From: Octopus vulgaris
Taxonomy: Eukaryota
Assembly (NCBI GenBank): GCA_951406725.2
Contig: OX597824.1
Span: 16,058,001-16,122,000, forward strand
Direction: 5' to 3'
Length of the DNA stretch: 64,000 bases
In this document: piece by piece, positions 55,591 to 64,000 of the stretch
Numbering within the stretch: the first letter of the stretch is position 1
How the letters are laid out: every line of letters starts with the position of its first letter
Made by a program: the position numbers and the translations under genes
The notes under the pieces: model-generated
Told to the model about the DNA's origin: nothing
Database searches by the model: none
What the model saw: only the letters and a program-made list of their open reading frames with translations

Positions 55591-56066
55591 ATCAACAGCA
55601 ACAACTTATTGTTGGGAATCATACGGAACGAGAGAGAATGAGAGAGAGATAGAAGGGGTGATAGAAAGGGATAGAGAGAGAGAGAGAGGATGAGAAAGAG
55701 GGAATGATAGGGGGAGCGAGAGAAAATAGAACTAAAATGGTATGAAGAGAATTCGAATACTGACATAGAATATAAGAGCTATGCAAATTGGTGTGAAATG
55801 AGGTTCGATAAAATGGCCGCACCAAGTCTTCAAAATTAGGGGTTGGCTGGATGGTTTGGGTTTGGGATGACAATGTTCTGTTTATACTTTCGACCTACGT
55901 TACCCCATCTCCTTACCCACAAATCACCCCTCTCTTGATTTATATCGTATGTATGTATGTATATAATGCATGTATACATGCATACATATATGTATACATG
56001 CGTGTGTATTTCTCTCTGTTTCTCTCTTTCTTTCTCTCCCTCTCCTCTTTATATTTTCTTTTCATC

Positions 56067-56469
56067 TTTCACTCTTTTACTTGTCTCAGTCATTTGACTG
56101 TGGCCTTGCTGGAGCGCCGCGCTTTTAGTCGAGCAAATCGACCCCAGGACTTATTCTTTGTAAGCCTAGTACTTATCCTGTCGGTCTCTTTTGCCAAATC
56201 GCTAAGTTACGCTGACGTAAACACACCAGCATCGGTTGTCACGCGATGTTGTGGGATAGGGAATCAAACAGAGATACATAAATATATACACACACATACA
56301 TATACATATATATATATATATACATATATACGAATGGCTCTTATTTCAGTTTCCGTCTACCAAATCCACTCACAAGGGTTTGGTCAGCCCGAGGCTACAG
56401 TAGAAGATACTTCCCCAAGGTGCCACGCAGTGGGACTGAACCCGGAACCATATGGTTGGTAAGCAAGCA
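56067..56469 (-). mobile_element. SINE family A, near full length
   Basis: Matches family A. Confidence 0.88.
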
Positions 56470-56474
56470 ACGCA

Positions 56475-56534
<60 letters not shown>

Positions 56535-56726
56535 TGCGTATATATACATATATACTTATATACATGTATATATATATATATATATATCAATAATAATATA
56601 GGGTGAAATTAATTAATTTGGAATAATCATTAATTTCACCAAGTAGATTTCGGCATGTAAAAGCCCCATTCAAGGAAGGTTTAAGTAACGCTAAGTAATT
56701 AAGGGTTTAGCAACGATTTGCCTCAC

Positions 56727-56801
56727 CACACACCGAATTTAGAAATAGCAGTCAAAGAGTTATGGCAACTCTTTGTCTGCTATTTCTAAATTCGGTGTGT
56801 G
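56727..56801. other. 35-bp-arm hairpin in an island between (TA)n tracts
   Basis: cacacaccgaatttagaaatagcagtcaaagagtt-atggc-aactctttgtctgctatttctaaattcggtgtgtg, one mismatch. Confidence 0.9.
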
Positions 56802-56804
56802 TAA

Positions 56805-56858
<54 letters not shown>

Positions 56859-56927
56859 TTAATAAGGGTGAGAGAATTAGATACTAATTTAATTGCTAGA
56901 GTGAGCCACATAGTGACCACTCTCTTA

Positions 56928-57009
<82 letters not shown>

Positions 57010-58568
57010 GATAGATATAGACACATTCATGTATACACATATACATATACGTATACACACACACACGCAGACACCAATGAACTGCTGTTTCTTTTGCCAA
57101 TTGACTTGCTGACTTCAATTGAAATATCTTAAAAGGAAAACTATCAAAGATACCTGTGATTTATAGAATGCTTGATGTTCGTTTTGATAACAGAAGAGAA
57201 AGAAAGAAAGAGAAAAGGCACACTATACATGCAAATGATATCCGTCACTGAGTGAAGTAGCGAAGTTGAAATGTCTTGGGTGCGGTGATGGAAAGCTGAA
57301 GGCTGAAATGGTCGAAAAGAAATGTTCGTATTGAAAAATTGAACTTGGGAAAATTTCATGGAATCTAAAACCTTTGCATCAGTAGCATTCCTATTTCCTC
57401 TCTGCAATACAGCGAGTACTACAAACACCAAGGTATTGATGAGAATATATGGTCTTTTCTACTCTAGGCACAAGGCCCGAGATTTTGCAGGAAAATGGTT
57501 AACAAGCAAATTAACATACAGAATCTGTAAATTTAACAGTAAAAAGAATATGCTAGAATTTTATAAGGTTCAACATGTAACAACTAGTGTTATTGAAATC
57601 TAAATTCCAGCAATGGGGTTTGTTTATTAGAAAGCAGTTCCTTCTTTTTTGGAAGATATTTAATGAAAAATATATATAAAACCACACACACACACGCATA
57701 GATTCACAGACGAAGCGATGCTTCTGTAAGTCGGGGAGAGATAGAATTTAAAAGGAAAACATAAAGCGTTGACATCGATCATTTTTGAAATATAATTATA
57801 ACGGCCTTTTTTCCATTTAATTTCTTATTTTCTGTCAACGAATTTTACTTTTGCTTTTACACTGCATTATATCAAGAGAACACCATCTTTGTTCTGCGCA
57901 GCAGATAATTTAAATAGCGTTGTTTTTACAACCAGATAGCTAGCAATGTCTACTGGAGTGCTGGCTGCTGTTGGGAGGAGCAGGAAGAGGAGGAGGAGAA
58001 AGAGTAGGAAGAAGAGGGAATAGTAGGAGTAGGAGTAGGAGTAGAACGATGAAGTAGGACGAAGGAGGTTGACGACGGAGACGGTGGAAGAGAAAGGGTT
58101 ATCTGAACTCCTCCAAAATGAATCTCCACACTACGAGAATATTATCAAACAATATCAATTAAACAAAAAACAAAAAGAGAGATAAAAATCAAAGAAAAAT
58201 TAAACAAAAAAAAATAACGCATCTAAATTCAGAATTTTTTGTTCTGTTTTTTTTTTAAATTTTTTTTAATTTTTATTTTTTGTTGGTTCTTGTGGTGATG
58301 GTGGAGAAGATGTGGAGAATGATAACGAATGGGTAAATACCTGAAAAACAAAAGCGGATTAGAGATAATATGCGAAATATAAACAGCTGTTTCTTTATTC
58401 TATTTTTATGTAGATTTTGCTTGATTTGTTCGCGAGTTTTAAGACCCCTCTTTCACTTTATATCAATCTCCCCGAAGATGCAAACCTCCACTTCTTCAGT
58501 TTCCAAATAAATGTATTTATTGTAAAAACCAGTTATTTATTAAATTGTCATTATCATTATTATTATTA

Positions 58569-58621
<53 letters not shown>

Positions 58622-58877
58622 ATTATTATTATTATCATTATTATTATTATTATTATTTTTATTGTTGTTGTTCGTTATTTTCTAAGTATTGTCTTTTTTT
58701 TTTAAAAAATTTAAAATGCTTTCTCCCAATTCTTTTATATAACTCGGCTTCTTGTGTCGTAAGTGAAAAATGAAAATTGAAATCAAAAATTTTTCAAACC
58801 CTCTGTTTCTGTGTCTTGGAAAAAGAAGCTATGGTCGGCTCTCAAAAATTTGATACCTTGATTTCGGCGATAACACT

Positions 58878-58890
58878 ATCGTCTTCGTCG

Positions 58891-58922
<32 letters not shown>

Positions 58923-59083
58923 GTCATCGTCATCATCATCATCATCATCATCACCATCATCACCATCGCCATCGTCAATGTTGTCATCATCATAGTGATC
59001 AATATCATGACCATCATCGTCGTCACCATCATCATCATCATCATCATCATCATCGTCATCATCGTCATCATCATCAACATCAA

Positions 59084-59121
<38 letters not shown>

Positions 59122-59160
59122 ACATCATCATCGACATTAACATCATCATCACCATCACCT

Positions 59161-59192
<32 letters not shown>

Positions 59193-59279
59193 GTCATTAT
59201 CAACATCATCATCATCATCAACATAAACAACAGCATAAACCACAAGGTTGATAATAATAATAACTACACCACCACCACC

Positions 59280-59310
<31 letters not shown>

Positions 59311-59320
59311 GCAACAACAA
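58878..59320. repeat. (CAT)n/(CAC)n/(CAA)n array
   Basis: Seen directly. Confidence 0.95.
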
Positions 59321-59566
59321 TCTCGAGAATTAATGAGAAGAAGAGCATTCATTGGTGACTCATTTACTGTATTATATTTTAGATGTGTTAAATTTGAAAT
59401 TTCATTTAATTTCTTTCAAACATCCATTTAGATATTGTAATTGTCAAATTGCATACCTCTCTCTCCTTTCCCTCCTCTTCGTCTCTCTTTCTCTCTCTAT
59501 CTCTCTCCCTCTCCCTCCCTCTCCCTCTCTTTCTCTCTCTCTCTTTCTCTTTCTATCTTTCTGGCA

Positions 59567-59611
<45 letters not shown>

Positions 59612-59623
59612 TGTATATGTATG

Positions 59624-59663
<40 letters not shown>

Positions 59664-59675
59664 TGTATATGTATG

Positions 59676-59770
<95 letters not shown>

Positions 59771-60279
59771 TATATATCTGTCTGTCTGTCTCTTTTTATT
59801 TTATTCTAAATCAAATCTCTATTTGTGTGTGTTTTTTTTATATAGTTTTTTCCCATTTTTCCATTGGAAATAACATCTCCACTTATAAGAAAGAAAGCGA
59901 CAGAGAGAGAGAGAGAGAGAGAGAGGGGGGAGGGCGAGGGAAAGAGGCGGAGTGGGAGGGAGAGGGAGGTGAGAGAGGTTAAAAACTCAAAACAAATGGA
60001 AATTGTAAAAAAAAAAGAAATTCTTCATAGAATATAAAAAAACAACACCAGAATCCTAACAACAACAACAACAACTACAACAGCAACAATAACAACAACA
60101 ACAACAACACTACTATCAACAACAGCACTCATAATGCATTTGATAAGGAAATTGAGTTGGAGTAGTTGGCAATCTGGCAAAAGAGTAAAACGTTTCAATA
60201 ATGTTATGTTTCCGTAATGGGCGAGCAACGGTATTCTTTAATGACTTTAAGACATCGGGTTTACGTTGCTTTTTACCAA

Positions 60280-60297
60280 TTATTGTTGTTATTATTA

Positions 60298-60355
<58 letters not shown>

Positions 60356-60406
60356 CATTATTATCATCATCATCATCATTATTACTATTATTATCGTTAT
60401 TATTAA

Positions 60407-60442
<36 letters not shown>

Positions 60443-60444
60443 CG

Positions 60445-60524
<80 letters not shown>

Positions 60525-60618
60525 GTTATTATTATCCTTATCCTTATCATTATCATTATTAATATTATTATTATTATCGTTATATTTATCATTATTATTA
60601 TTATTATTATTTTCGTTA

Positions 60619-60667
<49 letters not shown>

Positions 60668-60750
60668 CATTATTATTATTGTTATTATTGTTATTATTAT
60701 CCTTATCCTTATCATTATCATTATTAATATTATTATTATTATTATCGTTA

Positions 60751-60781
<31 letters not shown>

Positions 60782-61075
60782 CATTATTATTATTATTATT
60801 ATCGTTATCATTATTATTATTATTATTATTATTGCTGTTGGTATTATCATTATGACGACTACAACCATTATTATTGTTATTATTATTGATATTCCTATCA
60901 TCATCATCATCATGATCATTCTTCTTTTTATTATTATTATTATTATCATCATCATTATTATTATCATTATTATTGTTTCTATTATTATCATTGCTGTTGG
61001 TATTAATATTATTACAACTACTACCATTATTATTGTTATTACTATTATTATTCTTATTGTTGTTGTTATTATTTT
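60280..61075. repeat. (ATT)n array with higher-order duplications
   Basis: attatccttatccttatcattatcattattaat at ~60531 and ~60696; ttgctgttggtatta at ~60832 and ~60991. Confidence 0.96.
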
Positions 61076-61630
61076 TGTTTTTCATTATTCTATTAACCGT
61101 ATGCTTTGTTATTGTTTGTTTACTACATGTTGTTCTATCGTTGTTGTTCTTGTTCTTCTTGTAGATATTGTTGGTTTTCTTTTAGAGCTTCCCGTGCGCG
61201 CGTATTCTTTAATGTTTCACCTCTCTAATTTCCAGTCAATAAAATCCACGCAAAAAATATTTAAATACCAAAAACAAAAAAAATGCATTATAAAAATAAA
61301 CATAAATATATACACAACTAAATATAATAAAGCATATTAAAAAAACAAAAAAAAACAAGGCAAAGCGAAGTAACTTTTTGGTTTCCATATACATATCAAA
61401 TATATTTTCCACAACACATGATATAATTTTATAGAGATAAAGAACTTAGATTCGTTGACGCTGGAAACTATGCTATGACCCGCAACATTAATGTTAAATA
61501 AAAATGAGCTAAGAGAAACAATTGAAGGTGCTTAGTGCTACATCGACTGAAAAACCTCAACGTCCTTCCTCTAAAACCTCCAAGTCCTTCCTCTAATATT
61601 GCTGGCCCAGTGCCAAAATTTAAAACCATA

Positions 61631-62290
61631 AGGCGACGAGCTGGCAGAAACGCTAGCACGTCGGGCGAAATGCTTAGCAGTATTTCGTCTGCCGTTACGT
61701 TCTGAGTTCGAATTCCGCCGACATCGACTTTGCCTTTCATCCTTTCGGGGTCGATAAATTAAGTACCAGTTACGCATTGGGGTCGATGTGATCGACTTTA
61801 TCCGTTTGTCTGTCCTCGTTTGTCCCCTCTATGTTTAGCCCCTTGTGGGTAATAGAGAAATTGGTATTTTGTCTGCCGCTACGTTCTGAGTTCGAATTCC
61901 GCCGAGGTCGACTGTGCCTTTCATCCTTACGGGGTCGATTAAATAAGTAGCAGTAACGCACTGGGGTCGATAGAATCAAATTAATCCGTTTGCCTGTCCT
62001 TGTTTGTCCCCCCTGTGTGTAGCCCCTAGTGGGCAGTAAAGAAATAAGAAATGTTAATGTGTCGGACAAAATGTTAAGTGGAATTTCTTCCAGTTTTTTA
62101 CGTTCTGAATTCATATTCTGTCGAAGAAAGCTTCGACTCTCATTTTGTTGATAACCGCCCCACCAAAAAAAAAAAAAACAAACAAAAAAAACAACAAAAA
62201 AACAAAACAAAAAAACAAATTACAACTCGAGCTCTGGGGTCAATGTAATCGACATCCCGCTCCCCTTAAAATTGCTGGAATTGTGATTAC
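61631..62290 (+). mobile_element. SINE family B dimer plus an adjacent older B-type copy
   Basis: Duplicated body, junction gaaattggtatttt at ~61857-61870. Confidence 0.88.
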
Positions 62291-62440
62291 ATTTGAAAGA
62301 AATATAATTACCGAAGCGGTGATCGGGCAGAATGGTTAGAGCGGCGGAAAAAAGTGTTAGCGGTAGTTCTTCCGATTCGTTACGTACCGAGTTCGAGTTC
62401 GTGGTCAACGTAGTCTTTCATCCTTCACAGAAAAAAAAAA

Positions 62441-62635
62441 ATGATTTCTAAAAGGAATCTGGAAATAACGGTGAAGTTGCTTAAGGACAGTTACGGTGAG
62501 ACTGGGAAGACCATTTTAATCTACAAGGAAAGGTACAACAGGTGGAAGGAACAATGTAGATTCGAATCGTCAGCATACGAGGTAGAGTTTGATGAACTAC
62601 CGTCAGTGGTTGATCTAAATGAATTTAAAGCATAA
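62441..62635 (+). mobile_element. Possible decayed mariner/Tc1 transposase N-terminal (HTH) fragment
   Basis: TVKLLKDSYGE...IYKERYNRWKE...PSVVDLNEFKA resembles mariner ETxxxLxxAYGE...WyxRFKEG...RPSxVDxxxLKA; no TIR or catalytic domain seen. Confidence 0.45.
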
Positions 62636-62754
62636 TATAAAAAGGGTTAAAAAAAAAAAGGAGTAAATTGTGTCTTTTTTTAAAAAAGAATAAAACAAAA
62701 GATTCTAAGAGGATAAAAAGACTGATTATAAACGGACAGTAAGGACGTTTAAAT

Positions 62755-63169
62755 GGCGAGTTGGCAGAAACGTTAGCAAGCCGGGCGAAATGCTTAGCCG
62801 TGTCCCGCCCGTCGCTACGTTCTGAGTTCAAATTCCGCCGAGGTCCACTTTGCCTTTTATCCTTTCGGGGTCGATAACTTAAGTACCAGTTACGCACTGG
62901 GGTCGATGTAATCGACTTAAACCCTTTTTTCTGTTCTCTTTTGTCTCCTCTGTGTTTAGCCCCTTGTGGATAGTAAAGAAATAGGTATTTTGTGTACCGC
63001 TACGTTCTGAGTTCAAATTCCGCCGAGGTCCACTTTGCCTTTTATCCTTTCGGGGTCGATAACTTAAGTACCAGTTAAGCACTGGGATCGATGTAATCGA
63101 CTTAACCCCTTTGTCTGTCCTCTTTTGTCTCCTCTGTGTTTAGCCCCTTGTGGGTAATAAAGAAATAAG
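62755..63169 (+). mobile_element. SINE family B dimer
   Basis: Two near-identical bodies sharing private variants (ggtccactttgccttttatcc, gataacttaag); gtttaaatgg occurs on both flanks. Confidence 0.92.
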
Positions 63170-63444
63170 AAGGTTTAAATGGTACTGCATGAGAGTGGCG
63201 CGCATGTAGCCATTTTATCACCATCGATTTCATTATACATTTTACCAGTTTCCATTCGTTTTATATTTTTATCCCCACTGTGTTGTCCCGTCTGTCTTTG
63301 TGCTGTCCCCTCTGTGTTAGGCCCTTGTGGCTGTAATAAAAATCGTTGTTAGAATCGTCTGACTCCCTTTTCTCTAAAACTGTTGGCTTTATTACAACAT
63401 TTCGAAAGATCATTATTACTTTTCGTGTTATCATTACATAGATA

Positions 63445-64000
63445 TGTAAATTAAGTACCAGTGGAACAATGGGGTCGATGTAACTGACTAATCCCCTCCC
63501 GCTACATTTCAGGCCTTTTGATTTTAGCAGTAAGTATTACTACGAGGATATGTGAAGCTGGCGAGATGGCAGAATCGTTAGCACGCCGGACGAAATATTT
63601 AGCGGTATTTCGTTTGTCTTTATGTTCAAATTCCGCCGATTCGACCTTGCCTTTCATTCTTTCGGGGTCGATAAATTAGGCACTAGTTGCGTATTGGCGT
63701 CGATCTAATCAACTGGCTCCTCCCCCCAAATTTCCGGCCTTGTGCCTAGAGTAGAAAATAATCGTTAGCATGCTGGGCAAAAGCCTTAGAGGAATTTCGT
63801 CTGCCGCAACTTTCTGAGTTCAAATTGCGCCGAGGTCGACTTAACATTTTACCCTTTTGGTGTCTATAAATTAACAACCAGTTGTATAGTGGAGTCGATC
63901 TAATCGACTGGCCCCTCCCACCAAATTTCCGGCCTTGTGCCTAGTGTAGAAAATAATCGTTAGCATGCTGGGCAAAAGCCTTAGAGGAATTTCGTCTGCC
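63445..64000 (+). mobile_element. Tandem array of SINE B subtype units (~190 bp), runs off the window
   Basis: Unit aatcgttagca...aaatttccggccttgtgcctag.gtagaaaat starts at ~63573, ~63760 and ~63955. Confidence 0.85.

Overview
Eukaryotic, AT-rich, extremely repeat-dense DNA with no credible intact protein-coding gene; almost all listed ORFs are translations of microsatellites or SINEs. The SINE repertoire and microsatellite load point to a cephalopod, most likely Octopus (inference), and the window is probably intergenic or intronic. It contains four interspersed tRNA-derived SINE families (my labels A-D), a bipartite RTE-derived non-autonomous element (2 copies), and decayed RTE, CR1, Penelope (GIY-YIG) and mariner coding remnants. 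There are also two full non-autonomous Helitrons, a hAT-type MITE, a 1.17-kb TIR element and long simple-repeat arrays. The most interesting signal is a dispersed set of about 13 type I hammerhead-ribozyme (HHR) motifs. Five or six are near-canonical, and one (11555-11642) has an extended, bulged stem I. Most sit in short, mostly unrelated islands next to (TA)n tracts, often in fold-back (inverted-repeat) structures, consistent with a diverse Penelope-like/retrozyme-type mini-element system. All folds and alignments were done by eye, and element ends are approximate unless TSDs or termini are quoted.
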